From an uncultured Candidatus Rokubacteria bacterium (GTDB lineage: Bacteria; Methylomirabilota; Methylomirabilia; Rokubacteriales; CSP1-6): a stretch of DNA of 64,000 bases. Made by a program: the position numbers and the translations under genes. Shown piece by piece: positions 40,662 through 50,607 of this stretch. Location of the stretch: assembly GCA_963754315.1 (NCBI GenBank), contig CAVWFS010000016.1, forward strand, positions 96,001-160,000, read 5' to 3'. Each line of letters begins with the position of its first letter. The first letter of the stretch is position 1. A model generated the notes under the pieces. That model saw only the letters and a list, made by a program, of their open reading frames with translations, had not been told where the DNA came from and did no database searches.

Positions 40662-42298
40662 GTGGACATCGACGCCGCCCTCTGCCCAGCCGTCTCAGTC
40701 GAAGGACGTTTCTCAGTTCCGCCGCCGCTGCCGCCGTCGCCTCGAGCATGCCGACGGTGGCGCCCGCGCAACAGCCGCGTCGGTTCGTCATCCGGGAGGA
40801 TCGGTTTGGTCGCATGTTTCCCCAGCTCGATCCGTTTTTCCGTGAGAACAGCTCCAGGCTCCGGGACGCCATGCGGGACATTGGCAAACCTGGAGGCATC
40901 TTGGACGCGAGGGACAATCTGGGCGCGGGCGATGAGGCGGCAGCCATCGCCCTGATCGTCGACCCCAACCTGAGTCTGAACAACCCGAACAACCCTGCGC
41001 ACACCGCAGGGACGACCTTCATGGGCCAGTTCCTTGATCACGACATGACGTTCGATCTGACGTCACGGCTGGCGGTGGTGGCGGAACCGCTCGAGTCGCC
41101 CAACGAGCGCACGCCGCGACTGGATCTCGATTCCGTCTATGGTGGCGGGCCCATGGCGGATGAGGGCCTCTATGTCCCCGTCCCTCGGGGGAGTCGGGAG
41201 CGGCGGACCAAGCTGCGGATCGGCAGCGGCGGAGTCTTCGAAGACTTACCTCGCAACGGGGACGGCAGCGCCATCATCGCCGATCCGCGCAACGACGAGA
41301 ACCTCATGATCGCCGGGCTGCAGGCCGCCTTCATCATGTTTCACAACAAGGCGGTCGACTACGTCCGCGACCGCGACCGGCACCAGTCATCCGAGGACGT
41401 GTTCGAAAAGGCGCGCCAGCTGACCACCTGGCACTACCAGTGGATGATCGTTCACGAGTTCCTGCCGCTCTTCATCGGCCAGCCAGTGGTGAACGATATC
41501 CTCCGTAACGGGCGCAAGTTCTACCGGCCCGAAGTCGGGTTCATTCCCATCGAGTTCCAGGGCGCCGCCTATCGGTTCGGCCACACCATGGTCCGCCCCT
41601 CATACCGGGCGAACCTGGCCGGCGACGACGACGGCTCGCCATTTTTCGCGATGGTCTTCGATCCACGCGGAGAGGGACAGTCCGATCCGATCGATCTGCG
41701 CGGGGGGGCACGGGCGAAGCGGCGCTTCATCGGCTGGCAAACGTTCTTCGATTTCGGGCCGACGTTCACCGACGGGCCGAACAACCCCAATCCCGCCATC
41801 AGGCCCAACAAGCTGATCGATACGAAGATCTCGACGCCGCTGTTCCACCTCCCGGTCGGTGCCATCGCCGGGGGCGTCGGCCCCGGCGACCCCATTTCAC
41901 TGCCGCAACGCAACCTCCTGCGGCATATCACATGGGGAATTCCGTCCGGCCAGAGTATCGCCCGCGCCATGAGGGTCCCGGTGCTCGACCGCGACGATCA
42001 GGTCCTGAAAGAGCTGAGGGAATATCGACTCGACCTCGATGAGTCCACGCCGCTCTGGTTTTACGTTCTCCGCGAGGGCCGCGTCATGGGGAACGAGGGC
42101 CGGCAATTGGGGCCGGTCGGCGGCCGCATTGTGGGCGAAGTCTTCATCGGCCTCCTGGAGCTCGACCGCGACTCGTACCTCCGAGAGCGCAACTGGCGAC
42201 CGACACTTCCGACCAGAAGCGGAAAAGTCACCGGCGAATTTCGGATGATCGACTTCCTCACGTTCGCCGGCGTGGATCCGACCAGCCGGGGCCAGTGA
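40662..42298 (+). CDS. Heme peroxidase (peroxidase-cyclooxygenase family), probably Tat-exported
   Basis: GQFLDHD, DPRNDEN, WHYQW, AAYRFGH and LGPVGGRIVGEV; in-frame SRRTFL signal upstream of 40748; AAGGAG RBS with GTG at 40662 in a shifted frame. Confidence 0.88.
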
Positions 42299-42332
42299 TC
42301 GGTCGGGTAAATACGTAAGAAGGGCGACGAGG

Positions 42333-42378
42333 TGATGGCGGGGCGCGGCGCGCGCATGGCCGCTTGCCCCCGCCATCA
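42333..42378. terminator. GC-rich hairpin between convergent genes
   Basis: TGATGGCGGGG...CCCCGCCATCA 11-bp stem with inner GCGGC/GCCGC pairing; no U-tract. Confidence 0.45.
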
Positions 42379-42549
42379 TCCGCAGGAGGGGGTGCGAGGC
42401 GCGAGAACGCGCCTCCCGCCGCACTCCGCGGTGGGAGGAATGTCCTCCAGGTCCACCCAGGCCTCCCGTTGGCGGCCGGTCAGGGCTTGATGAAGCCGCG
42501 CGGCAAAGCCCTTGTCCTTCCGGGAATAGGAGATGAAGACGTCGGCCAT
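42376..42549 (-). pseudogene. Truncated TIR domain protein
   Basis: AGGAG RBS; MADVFISYSRKDKGFAARLHQAL..AWVDLEDIPPTAE, then unrelated sequence and a stop at 57 aa; absent from the ORF track. Confidence 0.75.
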
Positions 42550-42565
42550 GCGGATGGCTCCTGTG

Positions 42566-43216
42566 CTAGGGCCGGGCCACGTTGCGCGAGCCGTCGCCCT
42601 GGTAGACGTAGCGGAAGGTCACGCAACCGGGCTGAGAGCGCGGGCAGTAGTAGCTGATGATCTCGAGCTTCGCGTAGTGGCCGTTGGCCGTGCGTACCGC
42701 CCATACCCGCCGCCGCGGGCTCAGCATGTGAGACAGGTAGCCATAGCTGTACCAGCCCGCAATGGCAGGGTTGCGCGGGTTGGCCCCGCCCTCCGTCACC
42801 CGGTACCCTTCGCTGGGTACCGTCGTCACAGCACCGAAGACAACCTCGCCTAGATCGGCGATACCTCCCGAGCCGACGAACTCCGGTCCTCCGTTGGCGA
42901 TGATCTCGTAGCGGCGGAAGCCGAGATCCCAGTCCCGGGGGCCGGGGTGGTCGATCACGCTGCCGAGGCCGAAGGCGAAATACCGCCAGTCCTCGGGGCG
43001 ACTGGCGTCCACGGTGTAGACAATGGGACCGACGAGCGCTCGTCCGACGTCGTGCGGAGCCGCCGGCGTCGGTGCGTACATCGCCACGTGCGGCTCGCGC
43101 AGCGAGAGGGCAATCAACGCCACCGTGGCCGCGAGGGCGATGCCAACCCCGATGATCAGAAGGATCCTGGCCCGCGCGGCCGGTCTCCGATCGAGCGGAA
43201 TACCTGCCACTGACAC
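42566..43216 (-). CDS. HmuY family heme-binding protein, membrane anchored
   Basis: WDLGFRRYEIIANGG, GWYSY..HML and VRTANGHYAKLEIISYY; start uncertain. Confidence 0.8.
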   Translation of the reverse strand: MSVAGIPLDRRPAARARILLIIGVGIALAATVALIALSLREPHVAMYAPTPAAPHDVGRALVGPIVYTVDASRPEDWRYFAFGLGSVIDHPGPRDWDLGFRRYEIIANGGPEFVGSGGIADLGEVVFGAVTTVPSEGYRVTEGGANPRNPAIAGWYSYGYLSHMLSPRRRVWAVRTANGHYAKLEIISYYCPRSQPGCVTFRYVYQGDGSRNVARP

Positions 43217-43281
43217 GTGGGCCTCCTCTTCATCTCCACCTATTCGCGTCTTTGCCCGGCCGTTCACCCGCAGGTGTCACG

Positions 43282-44751
43282 TCAGGTCGCGGTGAGCGAA
43301 TCAAAGGTCCAGCGCTCGAGGGGGATCATCGCGTCGAGGTCGGGCTCGAAGGCCACGCCGTAGCCGGGCGTGGCGAGCGAGCCAACCCTGAGCCGACCGC
43401 CCTCGATAGAGAGCCACGCTTCCCGCTCGTCACCGGTATAGAGATCGCCGTGATAGCGCACTGCCGCCGCCCGCTCGCGCGGCGAGCAGTGGGCGAGACC
43501 GCGGACGTAGTGGTGGCCGTTGCGCTCGACGTGGGCGATGCCGAGAGCCCGGACCGTGGCCAGGTCCTGTTGCAGCGGCACCACCGGGACGTTGGTGAGG
43601 TCCTCCGCGCTCATGAACAGCCGCTCGGCGGCGGGCCGCCGCCCTGCGTTCAACCGCTCGACGAGGGAACGGTTGAGGAACGATTTCATGATGCCCTTGC
43701 AATTCTTGGTAGACACCCCCCGATAGCCGACGTCCACGGCACGCACGAAAGCGTGGAGATCAGCGTCGCTCTCGTCGATGATGATGGGCACGCGGCGACC
43801 GAGGGTCACCAGACCTTCGGTGGCGGCGGGGTCCAGTGCGATGGCCCGATCGAGCGGCTGCTCGATGAACGCCGTCGAGCGCCACAGCCGAGCAAGGGCC
43901 GGCATTGTCTCGATAGCCTCCACGAGGGCCGCGAACTCGGCCGTCGTCTTGTATTGCTCGTTGCCGTCGAGCGTGGCGAGGTAATCTCCCGCAATCAGCC
44001 GGTCGAGGGTGGCCGCGATGCGGGTGAGACGCTCCACGTCGGCCTCGACCTGACCGCCGACCTTCAGCTTGAAGTGACGGAGCCCGTGCTGCTGGATGCA
44101 TTCCTCCAGGGTCTGCGGTAGGCCGTCGCGCAGCCAGCCGTCGGCGGGTACGTCGTCGGCAACGATGGGATCGAGCAAGCCCACGGTGTGCCGTATCGCG
44201 ATCGAGTCGAGCGCGGGTCGGCGCGCCCACGCCAGGAGGTCGGTGGTGGAGAGCGCGGGATGCACGGCCTCGGGGCGGATCCCGAGCACATCATCACGCA
44301 GCATACCTAGCACATCGCGGCCGGACAGACGCCCGGCCGCGTCGGCCAGGGCGCGCTCGAATAGCGACGACCCGAAAGCGGCAGTGAGTCCGTTCAGGCC
44401 GAGCTCGGGGCCACGGCGGGCGCACTCCGCGTAGGCCTGGGCCCATACGTCGAAGAGAGGCCGCGGCGCCCGGGCCGCGTCGAGATATGCGGTGTGCGCG
44501 GTGCGGATCGACGCGAGCTGGTCGGTCACGTTGTCGCGGAAGCTCTTGGTCGGATCCTTGTCAAACCACTTGGGGGGGAGGTTGTCGGCGGCGTAGCCGA
44601 GGCCGCGTCGGCCATCTCCCGTTTCGACCTCCACCGCGAGGTGGAGCAGCGGAAAATGCGTGAGCGTGACCACGCCGTATCGGAAGGGCAGGCGCGTGCG
44701 CAGGTTCCGCACGTGACAAGAGGCGGATTTCAGCGCCAGGGATAGACTCAT
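43282..44751 (-). CDS. Enolase/mandelate racemase superfamily-like protein
   Basis: RLPFRYG, FKLK, TLDGNEQY, FIEQP, IIDESD and ERNGHHY. Confidence 0.75.
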   Translation of the reverse strand: MSLSLALKSASCHVRNLRTRLPFRYGVVTLTHFPLLHLAVEVETGDGRRGLGYAADNLPPKWFDKDPTKSFRDNVTDQLASIRTAHTAYLDAARAPRPLFDVWAQAYAECARRGPELGLNGLTAAFGSSLFERALADAAGRLSGRDVLGMLRDDVLGIRPEAVHPALSTTDLLAWARRPALDSIAIRHTVGLLDPIVADDVPADGWLRDGLPQTLEECIQQHGLRHFKLKVGGQVEADVERLTRIAATLDRLIAGDYLATLDGNEQYKTTAEFAALVEAIETMPALARLWRSTAFIEQPLDRAIALDPAATEGLVTLGRRVPIIIDESDADLHAFVRAVDVGYRGVSTKNCKGIMKSFLNRSLVERLNAGRRPAAERLFMSAEDLTNVPVVPLQQDLATVRALGIAHVERNGHHYVRGLAHCSPRERAAAVRYHGDLYTGDEREAWLSIEGGRLRVGSLATPGYGVAFEPDLDAMIPLERWTFDSLTAT

Positions 44752-44784
44752 CGGCACCCGGCCTGGTGGAAGCCCTCCCTCAAT

Positions 44785-45564
44785 TCAGGCCCGGGGCGTG
44801 CTAAGGGGCAGGAAAGCGCGGCCCGCCGCGGTGCCGCCGTTGACGGCCAGGACCTCGCCCGTCACGTAGTCCGCATACGGTGAGGCCAGAAAGAGGGCGG
44901 CGTTGGCGATGTCCAGGGGCGTGCCGGCTCGCCCCCAGGGAATCTGCGCGGTCAGGGCTGTTTCATACTCCGCGCTGATTGGCGATGTCTCGCTGTCCAC
45001 CTTGACCAAGCCGGGCGCGATGCAGTTCACGTTGATGCGATGCGCCGCCAGCTCCAGCGCCAGGACCCGCGTGAACATGACCACCGCCGCCTTGGAAGCA
45101 CAGTAGTGGGAGGCGCCCACCCGCCCGCTGGTGTAGGCGCCGGAGGCCATGGTGATGATCTTGCCCGGGATCCCGCGCGCGGCCATCCGGCGCGCCGCCG
45201 CCTGAGCGGTGAGGAACACGCCGCGAACGTTGGTTTCCATCACGCGATCCCACTCCTCGACGGTCATGTCGAGGACGGGCGTGTTGGGATAGATCCCGGC
45301 GTTGGCGACGGCAACCGTGACGGGGCCGAGCGCCTTCTCCGTCTCGGCCACGAATCGGCCCACCTCGGCCGCGTCGCGCACGTCAACCACACCAGAGAAC
45401 ACGTCCGGGCCCAGCGCGGCGGCCGCGCGCTTCAAGGCCGCCTCGCGCACGTCGCCCAGGGCCACGCGCGCGCCGGCCTGGTGGAACGCCTGCGCGATGC
45501 CGTGCCCGATGCCGGCGGCGGCGCCGGTCACCAGCACGACGCCATCCTTGAAGTCGAAAGTCAC
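44785..45564 (-). CDS. SDR family oxidoreductase
   Basis: TGAAAGIG, NAG, YCASK and VNCIAPG. Confidence 0.92.
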   Translation of the reverse strand: MTFDFKDGVVLVTGAAAGIGHGIAQAFHQAGARVALGDVREAALKRAAAALGPDVFSGVVDVRDAAEVGRFVAETEKALGPVTVAVANAGIYPNTPVLDMTVEEWDRVMETNVRGVFLTAQAAARRMAARGIPGKIITMASGAYTSGRVGASHYCASKAAVVMFTRVLALELAAHRINVNCIAPGLVKVDSETSPISAEYETALTAQIPWGRAGTPLDIANAALFLASPYADYVTGEVLAVNGGTAAGRAFLPLSTPRA

Positions 45565-45604
45565 CGGGGGTTCTCGTGCCGGCGCCGCGCCCAGACTCCA
45601 CGCA

Positions 45605-46510
45605 TCAAGCGACTTGGCGCCGCAGCTGCTCGGAGATGATGTCGATCGTCTCGTGGATGGCTGGATAGGTCGAGTACGAGACCTCCAGCGCCACGTGCTG
45701 GCAGCCAAGGGCCTGATAGCGGCCTAGCTCCTCGACGATCTTTGCCACCGAGCCCCCGACCACGTGACGCCCACGGATGAGCGCCATGTCCACCGCCGCC
45801 CGGTGCACGCCCTCGATCAGGATCGGGATGCGCAGCGATAGCGCGGGGTCGCCCTCGCGCCCGGCCTCCCGCCAGAAACGGCGGAGGGTTTCGACTCCCT
45901 GTTGGAAGGCAGCCGGATCGGTGGCCGTCGCATGCCATCCGTCGCCCAGGCGGGCCACGCGCCGCAGCGCGCCCTCGCTGTTGCCACCAACGTAGAGCGG
46001 TGGGCGGGGCTTCTGCAGCGGCATCGGAGAGAACGTGACGTCGTGCAGGTGATGACGGCGGGTCACAATCTGCGGGTGCTCCTGCGTCCACAGGGTTCGG
46101 AACAGCTCGAGTGACTCCTCGCTCCGGCTCACACGCTCCTTGAAGGGCACGCCCAGGGCATCGAACTCCCCCTCCAGCCAGCCAATGGCCGCACCGACGA
46201 TCAAGCGTCCGCCCGAGAGCACGTCGACGCTGGCGAGCAGCTTGGCGACCGGGATCGGTGACCGATAGGGCAGGATCACCACGCTCGTCCCCAGGGCAAT
46301 CCGTGACGTCACCGCGGCCAGCCACGGCAGCACCGCGAGCGGATCGAGCATGTGCTCGCGGTAGATGACATCGACCCGGTTGGGGACGATGACGTGGTCG
46401 GTGACCCAGATCGAGTCGAGGCCGCGCTCGTCGGCGCGCCGCGCGACATCCAGCATCCGTGGTACCTCGATGGGGCGGCCGTAATGCGGCAGACAGATAC
46501 CCAGCTTCAT
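45605..46510 (-). CDS. LLM-class F420-dependent oxidoreductase, Rv2161c-like
   Basis: MKLGICLP, WVTDHV, ILPYR and PLQKPRPPLYVGG; TATACT lies 8 nt before the ATG. Confidence 0.9.
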   Translation of the reverse strand: MKLGICLPHYGRPIEVPRMLDVARRADERGLDSIWVTDHVIVPNRVDVIYREHMLDPLAVLPWLAAVTSRIALGTSVVILPYRSPIPVAKLLASVDVLSGGRLIVGAAIGWLEGEFDALGVPFKERVSRSEESLELFRTLWTQEHPQIVTRRHHLHDVTFSPMPLQKPRPPLYVGGNSEGALRRVARLGDGWHATATDPAAFQQGVETLRRFWREAGREGDPALSLRIPILIEGVHRAAVDMALIRGRHVVGGSVAKIVEELGRYQALGCQHVALEVSYSTYPAIHETIDIISEQLRRQVA

Positions 46511-47038
46511 GGCCGGGGAGTATACCGCGTAGAGGGCAGACGCGCCGTCCCAGGCGCGAGGGGGCGCCATGTTGGCGCACGCCCCCTCGCGGCTAGTCGC
46601 CGTGCACGTCTTCGCGGGCCACGACCTCCTGAACTAGCCGAGGCTGTGCGAGGCTACGTCGCTTATCTTCGTGACAACGATTTCGTTGACTGACGGTGTC
46701 GGTCTCTCCTCCCCGCCCTTCACCTGAGTGGCCTCATCCCTGGTGACTGACCTGCTTACGCTTCGGGAGGTCCTTCACCGAGGGTCGCTTGGTCCTCAAC
46801 TTTCATGGGCACTTGCCAGCGCGCCTGGGAGACGATGGTGCATGGAAACGAGACCATAGACCCAAATCAGGACCCTGGACGGGGGTGTGTGGCACGCTGC
46901 GGCAGAGCCGACGCCTGCGCGGGGTTCACGGCCATCCGGCTCAGCCGCCTGCGTTGGATGCCACCAGCGCGGGCTGTATCCGAAGCGAGACATTGACCCA
47001 TCCGGGCGGGCGGCCTACGGTGTCGTCTTGAGGGTCAG

Positions 47039-47668
47039 ATGGCCTACCCATTCGAACGCGCGCGAGGATGGACTCGGGCTGACTACGACCGACTGATTGC
47101 CGAGGGCGCCTTCGACCACCGAGAGCCGGTGGAGCTCCTGGGGGGCGTGCTAGTGGCGTGTGAACCCCAAGGAAGCTACCACTTCACCACGATCGCCCTG
47201 GCCGCTCACGCCCTCGAGCAGGCTCTCGGACCAGGGTGGACAGTGCGGCAGCAGGCCCCGATCACCCTCGATGATGAGTCGGAACCGGAGCCCGACCTCG
47301 CCGTGGTCCGGGGCGAGCCGATCGATTTTCTCGATGCCCATCCCGCGCGGCCGGCCCTCGTCGTGGAGGTTGCCGACACCTCCCTCGAGCTTGATCGTGG
47401 TCTCAAGGGTGCGCTCTATGCCCGGGCCGGGTTGCCCGAGTACTGGATCATCAACGTTCGAGATCGTTGTCTCGAGGTGCACCGTACTCCCGGGCCGGAT
47501 CCCTCGCGCTCCCTTGGGTGGTACTACCACCAGACCGTCGTGCTCGTCGCCGCCGACCGAGTAACTCCGCTCGCGCCCGGCACCCACTCGATCGCGGTGG
47601 CTGATCTGCTACCACCTCCGCATCGGCCCCCGGTCCCGCCCGGGACCGCAGGCGCGGGTGGGCGTTGA
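47039..47668 (+). CDS. Uma2 family PD-(D/E)XK endonuclease
   Basis: PEPDLAVV, LVVEVADTS and K..LYARAGLPEYWIIN. Confidence 0.9.
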   Translation: MAYPFERARGWTRADYDRLIAEGAFDHREPVELLGGVLVACEPQGSYHFTTIALAAHALEQALGPGWTVRQQAPITLDDESEPEPDLAVVRGEPIDFLDAHPARPALVVEVADTSLELDRGLKGALYARAGLPEYWIINVRDRCLEVHRTPGPDPSRSLGWYYHQTVVLVAADRVTPLAPGTHSIAVADLLPPPHRPPVPPGTAGAGGR

Positions 47669-47693
47669 GGATGGGAAGTTATTGATAGACCCG

Positions 47694-48980
47694 TCACCGC
47701 ATGGTGTTGGGGAGCCAGAGGACGATCTGGGGGAACACCATGATGAGGATGGTGGTCAGCACGATGGCGATCATCAGGATGCTTGTGCCCGTGTAGACCT
47801 TCATGAGGCCCACGTTGCCGCTGGAGCTGACCACGAAGGCGATCATGCCCACCGGCGGGAACACGAGCCCCATCGACACCATGAGCATCGACATGACGCC
47901 GAACCAGATGGGGTCGAAGCCGAGCGCGGTGATGAGCGGGAAGGTCAGCTGCAAGGTCAGGAGCAGCAGCGGCAGCTCGTCCATGAACATGCTCACCACG
48001 AAGTAGGCGACCACGATCCCCACGATGACGACCCACCGGTTGAGGTTCAGCTCGGTCACGACCGCCACCACCTGCTGGGGGATCTTGCTCATGGCCATGT
48101 AGTAGCCGAACACGGTGGCGCCAATGAGAATCATGAAGATCAGGGCCGAGATCTTGATGGTTTGCCGGAGCGCGTCCAAGGCGCCCGCCCACGTGAGACG
48201 GCCGAAGGCGACCCCGATCAGCCCCGCCAGGAAGGCCCCCACGGCGCCGACCTCGGTAGGAGTTGCTACACCGGTGTACAGCAGGACGATGACCAGCGTG
48301 ATCAGCAGCAGGCTCGACCAGATCCGCCGCAGGCTGGCCCAGCGCTCGCGGGCCGTCACCACGTAAGTCTCGGGAGCGTGGGAGGGGCGGACCCGGACCC
48401 AGACCAGAATGGCTACGATCAGAAACGCCCCCACGATGAGGGCGGGGACCACGCCGGCGATGAGCAGCTTGCCGATGGACGTCTGGGTGGTGATGCCGTA
48501 GATCACCATGCCCACGCTCGGCGGGATGAGAATGTCGAGGGTCGATCCGATCCCGATCGATCCCGCTGCCAGCTGATCGGAGTACCCATGGCGACGCATC
48601 TCGGGCATGGCGATGCTCGACATGACCGCCGCCGCCGCCAGGCTGGCCCCCGACATGGCCCCGAAGATCCCGCACGCGAACACGGTGGCGATGGCGAGCC
48701 CGCCGCGGACGGACGAGAGCCAGTTGGCCCCGGCCGTGTAGAGGTCGCGGGCGAGGCCCCCGGAGGCCGAGAAGTAGGCCATGAGAATGAACATGGGAAT
48801 CGTCGTCAGCACGTACTCGGCCGCCACCCCGTAGGGGGTCGTGCCCAAGATGCGCAGGACGACGGTCCAGTCCCCTCCGAGGAGATAAATGCCGACGATC
48901 CCCGCGATGGCCAGGGAGAAGGCGATAGGGACTCCCAGCAGCAGCGCGCCGATCATGACGAGGAACGGCACGTAAGCCAT
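47694..48980 (-). CDS. dctM: TRAP transporter large permease
   Basis: IPMFILM, FGAMSGAS, LIPPS and PPVG. Confidence 0.92.
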   Translation of the reverse strand: MAYVPFLVMIGALLLGVPIAFSLAIAGIVGIYLLGGDWTVVLRILGTTPYGVAAEYVLTTIPMFILMAYFSASGGLARDLYTAGANWLSSVRGGLAIATVFACGIFGAMSGASLAAAAVMSSIAMPEMRRHGYSDQLAAGSIGIGSTLDILIPPSVGMVIYGITTQTSIGKLLIAGVVPALIVGAFLIVAILVWVRVRPSHAPETYVVTARERWASLRRIWSSLLLITLVIVLLYTGVATPTEVGAVGAFLAGLIGVAFGRLTWAGALDALRQTIKISALIFMILIGATVFGYYMAMSKIPQQVVAVVTELNLNRWVVIVGIVVAYFVVSMFMDELPLLLLTLQLTFPLITALGFDPIWFGVMSMLMVSMGLVFPPVGMIAFVVSSSGNVGLMKVYTGTSILMIAIVLTTILIMVFPQIVLWLPNTMR

Positions 48981-48983
48981 GGG

Positions 48984-49478
48984 TCAGTTGTTCATGAGGA
49001 GGCTCGAGCGACCCTTCCGCACTTCCTTGAGATCGACCAGCATCAGCACGGTGGTGAGGAACAGCCCGATGGAGACGAGCAGATGGGCGGGCCACAAGGG
49101 CAGCTCGAGCGTAACGAACGTTGTCTTGGTTGCCCACACGTGGCGGGCCTGCTGGAAGGTGGCGAAGACGAGGAGCGCACAGTATGCGATGGACATGAGC
49201 TGCACCAGATGGTCGAGGACGAGCCTTGGCCCCCGGCCGAAGCGCTCGACCAGGAATGTGACTCGTATGTTGGCGCCCTGCCGGTAGGCGTACGGCATGG
49301 CCAGAAAGACCGCCGCGATCATCAGGTAGTTCGTGGTGAGCTCGTAGGCGGCGAGGATCGGCCGGTTGAACAGATAGCGGCCTCCGGCATCGACGGTGGT
49401 GAGGATCATCATGCCGAATGTGGCGACGGCCGCCACGAGGGTCAGGAGCCGCTCGCAGCCGTCCAGCCACCTCCGCAT
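48984..49478 (-). CDS. dctQ: TRAP transporter small permease
   Basis: Four TM segments; D..GRYLFN.PI..YE. Confidence 0.88.
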   Translation of the reverse strand: MRRWLDGCERLLTLVAAVATFGMMILTTVDAGGRYLFNRPILAAYELTTNYLMIAAVFLAMPYAYRQGANIRVTFLVERFGRGPRLVLDHLVQLMSIAYCALLVFATFQQARHVWATKTTFVTLELPLWPAHLLVSIGLFLTTVLMLVDLKEVRKGRSSLLMNN

Positions 49479-49503
49479 GGGCGCCCGCGTCCCGTCCCGG
49501 GGC

Positions 49504-50520
49504 CTACGGATCGTACTTCTTGACCGCCTCCCGCAGGTCGTTGAGAAGCTGGCGCCCGGGCAGCCCCTTGGCCTCCATGCTCTTCAACCACTCCTCCTCG
49601 ATGGGCTTGAGGCGAGCGGCCCAGCGCTGGCGCTCTTCAGCGGGGACCGTGTAGATGGTTGCTCCCGCCTTCTTGGCGACCGCGATGCCCTCGAGATCGT
49701 TCTTGTCCCAGGCAACGCCGGTGAACTCGGCCCCCCAGGTTCCGCTCAGATCGTCGATCACCTTGCGGAGATCAGGCGGGAGGCTGTCGTACTTCTTCTG
49801 ATTCATCATGGTGAACAGCGGTGCCGCGTAGAGGTTGACCACCGTGTGATGCTTCAGGACCTCGGCCAGCTTGAAGGACCAGATCGCCTCCCACGGGAAG
49901 ATTGTTCCGTCCACGGTTCCGCGCTCAAGGGCGGTGTAGGTGTCGGGGGCGGGAATGCTTACCGGAACCGCGCCGAGGGTCTTGACCATGTTGGTGAGCA
50001 CGGGCGTTGCCGCCCGGATCTTGAGGCCGGCGAGGTCCTCGATGACCTTGACCTGCTTCTTGGCAAGATGGAACTGGCCGGGCCCATGCACCCAGATCCA
50101 GAGCAGCTTCACGTCCTTGAACTCCGCGCGGAAGTACTTGTCGACGAGCGACTGGACGGCCAGGCTGCCGCCCTTCGCCGACTTGAAGAGCAACGGTAGC
50201 TCGGCCACCGAGATGAGCGGAAAGCGGCCGGGCGTGTAACCGGGGGTGGCGAATCCCATATCGGCGATACCGTTCACGACCATGTCGTAGTGATCGGCGG
50301 GCTTGCCCAGGGTGCTGCCCGGAAAGATGGTCACCTTGAGGCGGCCGCCGCTCTTCTCCTCGATCATCTTGGCCCAGGGGACCATCACGCCCGTGTGGTG
50401 ACCGTGGGCGATGCCGACCCAGCTCGAGAACTTCAGCTCGATCGGCTTGTCCTGACCGACGGCGGGGCCGGGGAAAAGCCAGAGCCAGGCCAGGGCGACG
50501 ACCAGCCACGCGTGTCTCAT
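49504..50520 (-). CDS. dctP: TRAP substrate-binding protein
   Basis: DLAGLKIR and YTALERGTVDG. Confidence 0.92.
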   Translation of the reverse strand: MRHAWLVVALAWLWLFPGPAVGQDKPIELKFSSWVGIAHGHHTGVMVPWAKMIEEKSGGRLKVTIFPGSTLGKPADHYDMVVNGIADMGFATPGYTPGRFPLISVAELPLLFKSAKGGSLAVQSLVDKYFRAEFKDVKLLWIWVHGPGQFHLAKKQVKVIEDLAGLKIRAATPVLTNMVKTLGAVPVSIPAPDTYTALERGTVDGTIFPWEAIWSFKLAEVLKHHTVVNLYAAPLFTMMNQKKYDSLPPDLRKVIDDLSGTWGAEFTGVAWDKNDLEGIAVAKKAGATIYTVPAEERQRWAARLKPIEEEWLKSMEAKGLPGRQLLNDLREAVKKYDP

Positions 50521-50607
50521 CGTTGAGTCCCCCTCTGTCGACCTCGGGATGATGACGCGCGGCAGTCCGGGCCCGCGACGTCGCGGACGCGGCGGATCAT
50601 AGCACGC

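Noticed and set aside
46570..46693. Possible C-terminal gene remnant (ELAEAVRGYVAYLRDNDFVD*)
   Set aside because: Too short to assign and no credible start
46805..47036. Short Cys-containing ORFs, one with CVGCH
   Set aside because: No signal peptide, RBS or RiPP/cytochrome context; likely chance
47524..49523. Two ORFs over 600 aa overlapping dctM/dctQ
   Set aside because: Alternate-frame and antisense shadows typical of high-GC DNA
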